Notes: generated from the letters alone by a model not told the origin. DNA of 64,000 nucleotides from an uncultured virus (IMG/VR IMGVR_UViG_3300027796_000194) (IMGVR_UViG_3300027796_000194); one strand, 5' to 3'; numbered from the stretch's first letter, positions 29,533-39,543 are shown. Translations and numbers: made by a program.

Positions 29533-29882
29533 CGGCCCGCTGTAAATGGCATTTCGGCGGCGGGCCGGATTATTGCGGCGCTTGCGCGGACGCGGAACTG
29601 CCGTGCAGCAAAGGCAAAGAAAATGCGGAAGGCGAACGCTGCCCCTATTGCACGTCCGAGCCTCAAACGATGGAAGGATGGCAAGCGTGGGACGTGGCCT
29701 TGCGCTGCGCAGGGCAGCTTCGCATGGCGCAATTTGCCGTGATTGGTCTTGACATGGGCGCGGCCATCAAGATCGGTGAATCCCTCGGCTATGACGCGAC
29801 AGGTCTGGCCGAGCTTCTCCCCTCCTGCGAGTCAGGCATGGCCACCGCCATCAACGCAAAAGTTAATGAGGGCTTAAAGTAA
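29520..29882 (+). CDS. -1 frameshift extension of the tail chaperone (gpGT-like)
   Basis: The -1 frame is open from the slippery heptamer 29520-29526 to the tape measure start. 'CPYC...PQTMEGWQAWD'. Confidence 0.75.
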   Translation, partial: KKRLTARCKWHFGGGPDYCGACADAELPCSKGKENAEGERCPYCTSEPQTMEGWQAWDVALRCAGQLRMAQFAVIGLDMGAAIKIGESLGYDATGLAELLPSCESGMATAINAKVNEGLK

Positions 29883-32422
29883 TGGCTGAACGCAATCTCG
29901 CAATTCGCCTGTCCGTCATGGATGGCGGCAAGGTCAAGGCTGAGCTGAAAGAGATTGGGGAATCCGGCGAAAAGTCGCTCAAGAAGATCGAGCTTGCCGG
30001 AAAGCCTGCCTCTAAATCGCTTATCGCCTTGAACGCCGCCGCCAATGATGTGAAATCCGGTGCAGTCGGGTTAAGCGGACAAATCGGCCCCTTGGGTTCG
30101 GCTATGGCCGCGCTCGGCCCCGTGGGGCTTGCCGTTGGTGCGGCGCTGGGCGTGGTAACGCTTGGTTTAACGGCGAGCATTCAGGAAGCGGCTGAAGCGG
30201 AACGGTCTTACAATCGCCTTCAAGCCGTTCTACGCGCCACGGGGCATTCCTCCGGCCTGACGGCGCGGGAACTCAGCTCGTTTGCCGACGAGATGGAAGC
30301 GACGACTCTCACCACGGCTGAAGGCGTGATGGATGCCGCATCCGTTCTGGCGACCTTCCGCTCTGTGTCCGGCGAGACGTTTACGCGCACCATTTCTCTG
30401 GCGCAGGATTTATCATCTGTTTTTGGCAAGGATTTGAACGCTTCGGTTCTAGCGCTGGGCAAGGCGTTAGAAAATCCTGTCGATGGGCTTGGCGCACTGA
30501 AAAAGATTGGTGTCGATTTCTCGCCTGTCGAACAACAAATGCTGCAAGATATGGTCGATGTTGGAAATGCGGCGGAAGCGCAACGGATCATTCTGGACAA
30601 AGTCGCCCATTCTCTCGCTGGCACAGGGGGTGCGGAAGCGACAGGCGTGACGGGCGCGACCCATCAGCTTTCTGTCGCGTGGAAAAACATGCTGGAAGCC
30701 ATTGGCGAAACCTCCGTTGTGGCTGGAGCGGCGCAAGGCTCCCTTGAGGTTCTCGCCGCGACGTTTCGTGGCATGGGAAGCCTTTTCAAAGATGCGCCGC
30801 TTGGCGAACAATTGAGCGAGGCCAAAGCCGAACTGACCGAGGCGCAGGCGGTTCTTGAGCGCCTGTATAATTTTGATCCCAAGGGCATGATGAATATCGC
30901 GCCCCTTATCGAAGATCAGAAAGAGAAGATTTCAGAACTTCGCGCAGAAGTCGAAAAACTCACAGCGGCCTCGCAAAAAGAATCCGCTGCTATTGCTGCC
31001 GAGAAAGCGGAAGCCCTGAAGGGACAACAAACCGCCGCGCGCGCGAGCAACGCGGAGCTTGTTTCCAACGAGCGCAGAAAATTGGATGAGGCGCTGGACA
31101 AGCTGGTGAGTGATCCCGCCGCAAAGATTGCCAAGATCAATGCCGAGCTTGAAAAAACACGGGAGCGCATGGAAAAGCTCCGGGCGCGGGACGGCAGCGA
31201 TTCAAGCGCCATTGATGGGGTTATTAAACAGGCTGAAGAAGCGGCGCGTCTGCAAATTGAGGCCATTCAAAAGCCAATCAGCGAGACCGCACGAAAAGAA
31301 TCCGAGGCCAACCAGAAAATTATTGACGATTTAAAGCGGCAGCTTCTTGGGCTTGGCAATGAACGGCAAGCCTTTATCGATCAAGCGGTCTCGCGCCTTT
31401 CGGACAAGGCGGATGCAGGCAAAGTCGGGCAGACCCGCGATCTGGCCGCAAAATTGTTCGATCAAAAGGCGTTTTCGCAAGCCGAAAAAGTCATTGGCGA
31501 TCTTGGCAAGCAAATGGACGTGCTGGGCGACAAGCGCAAAGCGTTCATTCAGGGCGAACTTGCCAAACTTCCTGAAACGGTCTCGCAAGAACAAATCGAG
31601 CGGACAAAACAATATGCGGCGGCATTGTTTGAACGCACCGAAGCGCAGGAAAAACTCGACAGGCTGAAACAGGAAGGCAAGCAAATCACAGAAGGTGCGC
31701 GAAGCGCCGAAGAATCTTATGCCGAGCAAATTGCGCGGCTCACTGAAATGCTGAACGCGGGCGCAATCAGCCAAGACGTTTTCAATAAGGCCAAAGGCAA
31801 GGCTTACGACGAATCCCTTGCCGGACGCACGGACGCACAGGCCGGAGCGATCCGAGCCTTTCACGCCTACCAAAAGGAAGCCGAAAACACGGCGGGTGCG
31901 GTTGAGGAAGCCTTTACGGCGGCATTGAAGGCAACCGAGGACGCCATTGTGAACATGGTCACGTCCGGCGAGATTAGCCTCAACAGCCTCAATGATCTGG
32001 CCAACAGTATTGTTGCCGACATAACCCGCATGGTGGTGCAACAATCGATCACGGGGCCTCTATCGAAATGGATGGGCAGCAGCATGGAGAGCGGCGGGTT
32101 TTTGGACAGCGTGTTCAGCTCGATCTTCCATGAAGGCGGCACAGCTGGTGAAACCGCCCCCTCTCGGCAAGTTCCGGCCTATGTGTTCGCTGGCGCGCCG
32201 CGTTACCACGGCGGTGGCATTGCAGGACTGAAGCCCAACGAAGTTCCGGCGATTCTTGAGCGCGGCGAAACCGTGACCCCCAAAAACAAGCGCGGCGCAC
32301 GTTCAAGTGTGAATGTCGTCATGAACATTACAACGCAGGATGCAAACTCTTTCCGCGCCAGCCAAGGTCAGATCGCCGCCAAAGCCGCACGAGGCATCAG
32401 CCGGGCCAAGCGGAATATGTAG
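29882..32422 (+). CDS. Tail tape measure protein
   Basis: 846-aa helical A/E/K-rich protein. C-terminal 'FHEGG...PRYHGGG...DANSFRASQGQI'. Confidence 0.92.
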   Translation: MAERNLAIRLSVMDGGKVKAELKEIGESGEKSLKKIELAGKPASKSLIALNAAANDVKSGAVGLSGQIGPLGSAMAALGPVGLAVGAALGVVTLGLTASIQEAAEAERSYNRLQAVLRATGHSSGLTARELSSFADEMEATTLTTAEGVMDAASVLATFRSVSGETFTRTISLAQDLSSVFGKDLNASVLALGKALENPVDGLGALKKIGVDFSPVEQQMLQDMVDVGNAAEAQRIILDKVAHSLAGTGGAEATGVTGATHQLSVAWKNMLEAIGETSVVAGAAQGSLEVLAATFRGMGSLFKDAPLGEQLSEAKAELTEAQAVLERLYNFDPKGMMNIAPLIEDQKEKISELRAEVEKLTAASQKESAAIAAEKAEALKGQQTAARASNAELVSNERRKLDEALDKLVSDPAAKIAKINAELEKTRERMEKLRARDGSDSSAIDGVIKQAEEAARLQIEAIQKPISETARKESEANQKIIDDLKRQLLGLGNERQAFIDQAVSRLSDKADAGKVGQTRDLAAKLFDQKAFSQAEKVIGDLGKQMDVLGDKRKAFIQGELAKLPETVSQEQIERTKQYAAALFERTEAQEKLDRLKQEGKQITEGARSAEESYAEQIARLTEMLNAGAISQDVFNKAKGKAYDESLAGRTDAQAGAIRAFHAYQKEAENTAGAVEEAFTAALKATEDAIVNMVTSGEISLNSLNDLANSIVADITRMVVQQSITGPLSKWMGSSMESGGFLDSVFSSIFHEGGTAGETAPSRQVPAYVFAGAPRYHGGGIAGLKPNEVPAILERGETVTPKNKRGARSSVNVVMNITTQDANSFRASQGQIAAKAARGISRAKRNM

Positions 32423-32455
32423 CTTATCAAGACCTTGGAATAGTTCGTTTTTATG

Positions 32456-32545
32456 TTGACCCAAGAAGGACTTACCTTCATTCTGGGCGCATGAAGGCAA
32501 GTTTCATACGCTTGCCTTCTGAGGATTCAAACCTCCGTGAGCGGT
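32456..32545 (+). promoter_or_regulatory. Promoter plus a1/b1-type antisense target sites (C4-like module 2)
   Basis: TTGACC-N17-CATTCT, then a hairpin. GAGGATTCAAA (32521) and CGTGAG (32536) are complementary to the downstream RNA. Confidence 0.65.
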
Positions 32546-32584
32546 ATGACATCATCCGTTAAGGATGTCGCCTTTCGGCTATGA

Positions 32585-32665
32585 CGCCGGGGGGCGATAC
32601 TGTATGTCCAAGCCGTAAGGCTAAAGAGTATCGCACCGATCTCACGTCGGTTTGAACCTCCGGCG
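32585..32665 (+). ncRNA. C4-like structured antisense RNA, copy 2
   Basis: P1 CGCCGGGGG/CCTCCGGCG, P2 GCGATAC/GTATCGC, core TGTATGTCCAAGCC-GTAA-GGCTAAAG, P3 ACCGA/TCGGT. Confidence 0.7.
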
Positions 32666-32716
32666 ACCAGCGGAATTTGCCGCTGGTCGATAAAATCAAA
32701 CCGAAGGGAAACACCG

Positions 32717-32881
32717 ATGAACGACATCTCCACTTGGCAACTTTGTTCGGACTTTTTGAAAGCCTATTTGGGCGATCCGATCATATTGACGCTTTTACTT
32801 CTCCTGATTATGGGCGTAGGCGTGAGCCTGCGCTTTAAGAAAATCGAAAAGAAACTGCTGCCAAATCGTAAGGCACCATAA
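32717..32881 (+). CDS. 54-aa single-TM peptide with basic tail (not in ORF track)
   Basis: MNDISTWQLCSDFLKAYLGDPIILTLLLLLIMGVGVSLRFKKIEKKLLPNRKAP, with SD-like AAGGGA upstream. Confidence 0.6.
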   Translation: MNDISTWQLCSDFLKAYLGDPIILTLLLLLIMGVGVSLRFKKIEKKLLPNRKAP

Positions 32882-32924
32882 CTGAACGAACATATTTGTT
32901 TTTTTTAAAAGAGGAGTGCAAAAT

Positions 32925-33140
32925 ATGCGCTTGAATTTTCTTGATGCTGATGTTTCTGCCCCTTGTCAACGCATGTCGCTTGCTATCGCAAGCATTATTC
33001 GAGCAAAAGGTTCCTGCCGACGAAGCGACCTACAGGATAATAATTTTTCGGCAGAAGAGATTCGCTCTTGCTGGAACATTGCATACGGGCTTGCTCATGT
33101 TGAATTAATGGGAAGCCGTAATGATATAGTTTTTCATTGA
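32925..33140 (+). CDS. Small hypothetical protein (paralogue of 53977-54249 and 55493-55729)
   Basis: Shared 'M..AI.....G.C...DL....F...EI...W..A'. SD GAGGAG. Confidence 0.7.
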   Translation: MRLNFLDADVSAPCQRMSLAIASIIRAKGSCRRSDLQDNNFSAEEIRSCWNIAYGLAHVELMGSRNDIVFH

Positions 33141-33270
33141 GTTCCTTTGAAAAGGCACGCCAAAAGGAACTGTTGCCTTCATAGTCCCGCATGGTCTTAT
33201 ATGAGGGCAACAACAAAGAGAGCGGGTCGTGTCCTCGCGGCCACGCTCTTTCTTTGAAAGAGAGTTTGAT

Positions 33271-33681
33271 ATGTCCTTGATCCACTGGAACAACGATTTG
33301 AGCGTCGGCATCCCCTCTATCGATGCGCAGCACAAAAAGCTCTTGGATTTACTCAACGAGCTGCACGGTGCGACCTATCAGGGAAAAGGACAGGAGGTCG
33401 TTGGCAACACGTTGGCCGGACTTATCAGCTACACGGTTGAACATTTTCAGTATGAAGAGAAGCTGTTCAAAGAAACAGGCTATCCCGAAGCGGAAGCACA
33501 CGCAGCCGAGCATGTTATCCTGACCAAGAAAGTCATGGACATTCACGAGAAATTCAAAAGCGGCATCACAACAGCGTTGACGCAAGAAGTCCTCCTGTTC
33601 TTGGTCAATTGGCTTATGGACCACACGATGGACAGCGACAAAAAATACAGCGCGCATTTAATCGCCGCTGGGGTTCAATAG
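33271..33681 (+). CDS. Bacteriohemerythrin
   Basis: 'W...LSVG...ID.QH', 'HFQYEE', 'H...H', 'WLMDH....D': the di-iron ligands appear complete. Confidence 0.92.
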   Translation: MSLIHWNNDLSVGIPSIDAQHKKLLDLLNELHGATYQGKGQEVVGNTLAGLISYTVEHFQYEEKLFKETGYPEAEAHAAEHVILTKKVMDIHEKFKSGITTALTQEVLLFLVNWLMDHTMDSDKKYSAHLIAAGVQ

Positions 33682-33704
33682 CCCCCTATATCCAAGGATA
33701 AACC

Positions 33705-34304
33705 ATGACCTTTCACGAAGTCCGCTTTCCGGACGACATCGCCTATGGGGCAACGGGTGGGCCTGCCTATTCGACTTCTGTTGTCGCAACGGCATCGGGG
33801 TACGAGCAACGAAATATGAACTGGTCGGCTGCGCGCGGGGCTTGGGATGTGTCATCCGGCCTCAAGAAACCAAGCCAGCTTGATCTATTGATCGCTTTTT
33901 TCCGTGCGCGTAAGGGCAAGGCTTATGGCTTTCGCTTCAAGGACTGGACGGATTACAAGGCCACGGACCAATTGCTTGGCACGGGCAATGGGGCAAACAA
34001 AGTCTTTCAGCTTGTCAAAATCTATGCCTCCGGCGCAGGAAGCGAGACGCGCACGATCACAAAGCCTGTGTTGGGAACGGTGAAGCCTTATCTTGCGGGC
34101 GTTTTGCAAGCCTCCGGCTGGTCGATCAACACAGCGACAGGTGTTCTGACTTTTTCCACCGCGCCCGCGCAAGGTGTGGCGGTCACGGCGGATTTTGAGT
34201 TTGACGTGCCTGTGCGCTTCGACACAGACAGCATGGAAGCGACGATTGAGAACTTTAACATCAATGAATGGTCGTCCATTCCTATTGTAGAAATCCGCGT
34301 ATAG
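33705..34304 (+). CDS. Distal tail protein (DUF2460/TIGR02217, RcGTA-like)
   Basis: 'FHEVRFPDDIAYGATGGP', 'FEFDVPVRFDTD'. Confidence 0.92.
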   Translation: MTFHEVRFPDDIAYGATGGPAYSTSVVATASGYEQRNMNWSAARGAWDVSSGLKKPSQLDLLIAFFRARKGKAYGFRFKDWTDYKATDQLLGTGNGANKVFQLVKIYASGAGSETRTITKPVLGTVKPYLAGVLQASGWSINTATGVLTFSTAPAQGVAVTADFEFDVPVRFDTDSMEATIENFNINEWSSIPIVEIRV

Positions 34305-34307
34305 CCC

Positions 34308-35150
34308 ATGAAAACAGCCTCAACCCAACTTGCCGCGCATATTGCGGGCGAGACCACCAGCCTTGCGACCTGTTGGAAGGTCACGCGCAAGGACGGGGCC
34401 GTGTTTGGCTTCACGGATTTTGATCGGGATCTCACGATTGACACTGTGGTTTATCAGGCTCGGACGGGCTATACGCGCTCGGCCATCCAGACGATTTCTG
34501 ATTTGTCGGTGGATAATCTCGATATTGAAAGCGCGTTTGATAGCGAGGCCATAACAGCCGCCGACTTGCGCTCCGGCTTTTGGGATAATGCCGAAGTGCT
34601 GATCTTTCTGGTCAACTGGAACGCGCTCTCGCAAGGCAAGATTATCTTGAAGCGTGGCACCATCGGCCAGGTGGAGATGAAGGATACTTTCTTTAAGGCT
34701 GAACTGCGCGGCCTCACACAAGCCCTCGCGCAAAATATCGGGGAGCTTTATACGCCCAACTGCCGCGCCGATCTGGGTGATAGCCGCTGCAAGATTGATC
34801 TGGCGGCTTTGACAATTTCTGGAACAGTCACGGTCGCGACGGATCGGTATGGTTTCACCGACACAGCCAGAACCGAAGCCGATGACTATTGGAGCGGTGG
34901 CCTTGTCACATGGACAAGCGGCGCGAACACAGGGCGTAAGATGGAAGTCCGCAGTTTCACGGCTGGGTTCTTTGAATTGTTCCTGCCCATGCCTTCAGAA
35001 ATAGCGGTGGGTGACGGGTATGCCGTTCAGCCCGGATGCGATAAGGCATTTTCGACTTGCTGCGGGCGTTACGACAACGCCGTAAACTTTCGCGGCGAAC
35101 CCCACGTCCCCGGCACGGACGCTGTTTTGAGTTATCCTGATGGAAAATAA
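34308..35150 (+). CDS. Baseplate hub protein (DUF2163)
   Basis: 'CWKVTRKDGAVFGFTD', 'CRADLGDSRC', 'GCDK...NFRGEPHVPG'. Confidence 0.92.
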   Translation: MKTASTQLAAHIAGETTSLATCWKVTRKDGAVFGFTDFDRDLTIDTVVYQARTGYTRSAIQTISDLSVDNLDIESAFDSEAITAADLRSGFWDNAEVLIFLVNWNALSQGKIILKRGTIGQVEMKDTFFKAELRGLTQALAQNIGELYTPNCRADLGDSRCKIDLAALTISGTVTVATDRYGFTDTARTEADDYWSGGLVTWTSGANTGRKMEVRSFTAGFFELFLPMPSEIAVGDGYAVQPGCDKAFSTCCGRYDNAVNFRGEPHVPGTDAVLSYPDGK

Positions 35151-35592
35151 CCCCTCCCGTATGGACGTGTTGGCAGAAGCCCGCGCATGGCTCAACACAC
35201 CGTTTCATCACCAAGCCTCGGTCAAGAGGGCTGGCTGCGATTGCATCGGCCTGATCAAAGGCGTCGGCGTTGCGCTGGGGCTGGTGGATTATGATCCGTC
35301 CTCACCACAGGCACAGGCCTTCGCCAATTATTCCATGCTGCCCAACAGCCGCCGCATGCGCGAAGGACTGGCAACATGGCTGGTTGAAATCCCCGTGGCC
35401 GAAGCGACGTTGGCGGACATCTTGTTTATGGCGTGGGGCCGCGAACCGCAGCATGTCGCGCTGATAACGGACAAAGGTATCATCCACAGCTATTCCGGCG
35501 TCGGCAAAGTGGTCGAGCATGCGCTGGACGAAAGCTGGCGGTGTCGGATTGTCGCGGCTTACCGTTATCCTGTTTTCTGCAAAAGCGAATAA
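35140..35592 (+). CDS. NlpC/P60 tail peptidase
   Basis: 'ARAWLNTPFHHQA...GCDCIGL...HVAL...IIHSY'. Confidence 0.9.
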   Translation: MENNPSRMDVLAEARAWLNTPFHHQASVKRAGCDCIGLIKGVGVALGLVDYDPSSPQAQAFANYSMLPNSRRMREGLATWLVEIPVAEATLADILFMAWGREPQHVALITDKGIIHSYSGVGKVVEHALDESWRCRIVAAYRYPVFCKSE

Positions 35593-38500
35593 ATGGCCGT
35601 TCTTGCTCTTGGTCTTGTTGGCGCAGGGTTGACTTCCGCCATCGGGATCGGTGCGTCTATCGGCTGGATGGGCGGTGTCGTTCTCGGCAACCTTTTGTTC
35701 GGGGGCAGCAAAGGATCGAACACTGAGGGGTCACGCCTTAGCGATCTATCGGTTCAGACGTCCACTTATGGCGGCACGATCCAACTTGTTTACGGCACCA
35801 TGCGCGTGTCCGGCAATGTGATCTGGTCAACGCCCCTCAAAGAAACACGGCACGTCTCCCGCCAAAGCGGCGGCAAAGGCGGCGGCGGCAGCGCGACCAG
35901 CACAACCTATACCTATTCGGTTTCGTTCGCCGTTGGCCTGTGCGCGGGGCCTGTCTCGACCATCCGGCGCGTGTGGGCAGATACCAAGCTGATTTACGAT
36001 GCAACAGCCAGCAACACCCAAGCGACCGAGAAATATCCGGGCGTGATCCGTATTCATACGGGCACAGAGAATCAACAACCCGACAGCACGATGGAAATGC
36101 ACCTTGGCGCGGGCAACGTGCCTGCCTATCGTGGGCTTTGCTATTTGTCCTTCACGGATTTGCAATTGGCCGACTTCGCCAATCGCATCCCCAATATCAG
36201 CGCCGAGGTCGTAGCCTCCGGCGCAATGGATTGCGACGCTTTCGTGATGACGAAGGTTTCCGGCATGTTTCGTGAAGGCGGCGTGATTAATCCCGCACAC
36301 GGAACTTTGATTGGCACGTCGGCTGACCGCATCTTTCGCTATGATCTTGTGAGTGGAACCTTGGCGCTTAATGCGCCGCTTGTTGATGACGTTTATGGCG
36401 ATTTGCGCGGGCTGGACAGCGAAGGTTATCTCTATCACGCGACAAACGCTTATGGCGTCGGGATGCACCTTTGCAAAAGAAACCCCGACACTTTGGCTGT
36501 GGTGGCCAAAACGACGAAGCGTGTGGACTTCAGCGTTAGCGGCTTTGTGTTGGGCGACAAGATTTTTGTGCATCGTTCGCGCAAGATTTATGATCTCGAC
36601 TTTGGATTGATTGCAGACCTATCCGAATGGTTCCCAAGCGCGAACGAAGCGCCCATGTGCGCCGATCCTGATGGGCGCTATTGGCAAGCGGCATCCGACA
36701 AAATCCGGCGCGTGGAAGTGGACATTCTGGGTAATGGCGACGTAGCCGAATGGGACGTAGCGGCTTGGACGGGCGGCCAGCGTCCCAATATCATCTTTTG
36801 GGACGACACAACGGGTCATTTGTATTTTAAGGTCAATATGCTCCACCGGATCGTCAAGTGGCATCCCGATAATGGGTTTGTCGCTTATGTGGATGGCGTT
36901 TCGTTTGCGGTAGGTTACACGCTCCAAGATGACTATACCTTTCCGCAAAAGGGGCGGCTCTGGGCGACGAATGACACAACCGCGACGCTGGTTGATCTTG
37001 TTTCGATGCGGGTTGAAAAAACCATTGATCTTTTGCCGTACCTCCCAACCCACGCGACGCATTTTTGTGGCTGCTATGAGAAGTTCACGCATAGTGCCAT
37101 CATCATGACAGGCGATGGTGAGGTTAAATATCCTCTTGAGCGTTATGGCTCGGATCAAGTCGCCTTGGCCTCCGTTATCACTGATCTTTGCTTGCGGGCG
37201 GGCCTCAAACAAACCGACATTTTGACAAGTGAGATTGATCAATCCATGCGCGGCTATGTCATGAACCGCCGCTCTTCCATGCGCGACGTGTTGGAACCGC
37301 TTTTAGGGACGTTCTTTATTGACGCGGTGGAAACGGACGGGGTTCTACATTTTATCCCGCGTGGGCAAGAAACGGTGGCCGTGATCCCTTACGACGACCT
37401 TGGCGCGGTGGAAGGGGAGGCCGAAGAAAACCCCGTCCGACTCACGGAAACAAGGGATCAGGAGCTTGAGCTTCCCCTTCGTATTGATCTGACCCATTAC
37501 GATCCTGACCGCGATTATCAAAGCAACACGCAAAACGCGGCGCGCAACAGCAACGCCGTCACGACCAAAGACCAGCAGACGGTGGAACTGTCCATCGTTC
37601 TATCCGCCGACGAAGCCGCTCAAGTGGCTGAAAAGACTCTGACAAACGCATGGATCGGACGGACAACGGCCAACTTCAACCTTCCTCCGAAGTGGCTGCG
37701 ACTAAATCCGACCGATGTGATCGAGCTGGCACTGAAGGACGCGGCGCTCAAGCTACGCCTGACGCAAGTGGATTTTGGCGGCAACAATATCGTGGCTTGC
37801 CAAGCCGTCTTTGAAGACGAGATTGCCTATAGCTCTTCGGCCAAGGGCGCGGAAGCGGCCTTGCCCTCCGTCCTTATCCCCATCGCAACGCCGATTGCCG
37901 CGCTTGTTTTGGATCTTCCCATGTTGCGCGATGGCGACGATGGGCTGGGGCTTTACTATGCCTTCGGGATCAAGGATGCGGGCGGTGCAAGCCTTTACCG
38001 CTCCCCCGATGGAGTGACATGGGACATTATCGGCACGGGTTCTGAAATCCCGACCTATGGCTGGGCATCAAGCGTTCTAGCCGCGCCACTTAGCCCGTGG
38101 TCGTGGGATGAAACGAACAAGATTCAAATCTCGCTTTCAAGCGGGGCACTGGATAGCAAGACGGCGCTGGAGGTTCTGAATTGGGCCAATGTCGCTTTGC
38201 TCGGCAATGAGATCATTCAATGGCGCAATGCGACCCTGCTGGCCGCAAACCTTTATGAGTTATCCGGCCTCCTGCGCGGGCGGCGTGGTACGGAAGGATC
38301 GGTTGGCACCCATGCGATTGGTGACAAGTTCGTGGTTCTGGCCGCAGGCAGTCTTTACCGCATGGCAATGGCTTCAACCCAAATCGGCCAGACAGCCTAT
38401 TACAAAGCCTTGCCGTCGGGCGGGGATTGGGACGATGCGGCACAAACAAGCCTCAAATACAACGCGGCCAGCTTGCGGTGTTTCTCGCCCGTTCACGTTA

Positions 38501-38799
38501 AAGGAAGCCGTGATGGTTTGGGCAACATAACCCTCACATGGGCGCGCCGGACACGGTGGCACGGCGAATGGCTGGACGAGATCGACATTCCGTTGTTCGA
38601 GGATAGCGAGGCTTACCAAATCGACATTTTGAAAAGCGGCGCAGTCGCCCGAACACTTGAGGCCAGCACTACGACGACAACCTATAGCGCCGCCGATCAA
38701 ACAACCGATTTCGGCGCGGCGCAGAGCGTCTTGTCCATCGCCGTCTATCAAATCAACAGCACCATCGGGCGAGGCTATGCCGGAACCGCGATTGTTTGA
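35593..38799 (+). CDS. Large tail-tip/baseplate protein (GTA megatron/gpJ-like)
   Basis: 'STYGGTIQLVYGTMRVSGNVIWS', 'PAYRGL', 'LSGLLRGRRGTE'. Confidence 0.9.
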   Translation: MAVLALGLVGAGLTSAIGIGASIGWMGGVVLGNLLFGGSKGSNTEGSRLSDLSVQTSTYGGTIQLVYGTMRVSGNVIWSTPLKETRHVSRQSGGKGGGGSATSTTYTYSVSFAVGLCAGPVSTIRRVWADTKLIYDATASNTQATEKYPGVIRIHTGTENQQPDSTMEMHLGAGNVPAYRGLCYLSFTDLQLADFANRIPNISAEVVASGAMDCDAFVMTKVSGMFREGGVINPAHGTLIGTSADRIFRYDLVSGTLALNAPLVDDVYGDLRGLDSEGYLYHATNAYGVGMHLCKRNPDTLAVVAKTTKRVDFSVSGFVLGDKIFVHRSRKIYDLDFGLIADLSEWFPSANEAPMCADPDGRYWQAASDKIRRVEVDILGNGDVAEWDVAAWTGGQRPNIIFWDDTTGHLYFKVNMLHRIVKWHPDNGFVAYVDGVSFAVGYTLQDDYTFPQKGRLWATNDTTATLVDLVSMRVEKTIDLLPYLPTHATHFCGCYEKFTHSAIIMTGDGEVKYPLERYGSDQVALASVITDLCLRAGLKQTDILTSEIDQSMRGYVMNRRSSMRDVLEPLLGTFFIDAVETDGVLHFIPRGQETVAVIPYDDLGAVEGEAEENPVRLTETRDQELELPLRIDLTHYDPDRDYQSNTQNAARNSNAVTTKDQQTVELSIVLSADEAAQVAEKTLTNAWIGRTTANFNLPPKWLRLNPTDVIELALKDAALKLRLTQVDFGGNNIVACQAVFEDEIAYSSSAKGAEAALPSVLIPIATPIAALVLDLPMLRDGDDGLGLYYAFGIKDAGGASLYRSPDGVTWDIIGTGSEIPTYGWASSVLAAPLSPWSWDETNKIQISLSSGALDSKTALEVLNWANVALLGNEIIQWRNATLLAANLYELSGLLRGRRGTEGSVGTHAIGDKFVVLAAGSLYRMAMASTQIGQTAYYKALPSGGDWDDAAQTSLKYNAASLRCFSPVHVKGSRDGLGNITLTWARRTRWHGEWLDEIDIPLFEDSEAYQIDILKSGAVARTLEASTTTTTYSAADQTTDFGAAQSVLSIAVYQINSTIGRGYAGTAIV

Positions 38800-38808
38800 G
38801 GAAAAGCC

Positions 38809-39531
38809 ATGACCACAACCCCCAATCTTCTCATAGACCACATCGCCGCCAGCCAAGCTCAAAAGGAAGTCACGGCCAACACGGCCTTCGACGTTCTGGA
38901 CAAGGCCTTGTGCCAATTTACGAGCATCGCGCTGACGGACGCCAATCTGACGCTGACCGACGCGCAAATGATCGGCAATATGGCGTTAAAGTTTACGGGG
39001 ACATTGACGGCGGCGCGAACGGTCACGGTTCCGGCGCGCGCGAAGTTTCTTTATGTCGAGAACGGAACCACGGGCGGCTATGCGCTCTCGGTCAAAACGC
39101 CATCCGGCACGGCCATCTCTCTAGGGAGCGGCGAAAGGAAGCTCCTTTATTGCAACGGCAGCGACTTCACGATTGCTGCCGAGGCCGGAGCCGCGCCCTA
39201 TGATATTGGCGGCTCTTTTGTCGGCAAGCCCAGCGCGGGAACCATCATTATGCGCTTTCCCATGCCGCGCGCCGTCCGCTTTCTCTCCGGCATGGCGCTC
39301 AGCAAGGGCGTAGCAGCGACAGCCGCAACGGCTGCCGTGTCTTTCTCTCTCCGCAAAAACGGGATTGAGTTCGCCACCATGAACTTCGCTGCATCCGCCA
39401 CAAGCGCGATATTCATTTGCACTGCCACGACCGACTTTGTGGCTGGGGACATCCTGACGCTTGTGGCTCCGGCCACCCCTGACGACACGCTTTCGGACAT
39501 CGGCTTCGCCTTCGCGGGCCTTCGTATTTAA
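38809..39531 (+). CDS. Tail fibre-associated protein
   Basis: N-terminal 'TPNL...ASQAQKEVTAN' typical of GTA-like fibre genes. Confidence 0.7.
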   Translation: MTTTPNLLIDHIAASQAQKEVTANTAFDVLDKALCQFTSIALTDANLTLTDAQMIGNMALKFTGTLTAARTVTVPARAKFLYVENGTTGGYALSVKTPSGTAISLGSGERKLLYCNGSDFTIAAEAGAAPYDIGGSFVGKPSAGTIIMRFPMPRAVRFLSGMALSKGVAATAATAAVSFSLRKNGIEFATMNFAASATSAIFICTATTDFVAGDILTLVAPATPDDTLSDIGFAFAGLRI

Positions 39532-39543
39532 GGAGAACAATCT

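Noticed and set aside
17074..32665. Interpreting the repeated RNA motif as a metabolite riboswitch
   Set aside because: Guide/target complementarity that co-varies between copies fits a C4-type antisense RNA better. A ligand role for the conserved loop is not excluded.
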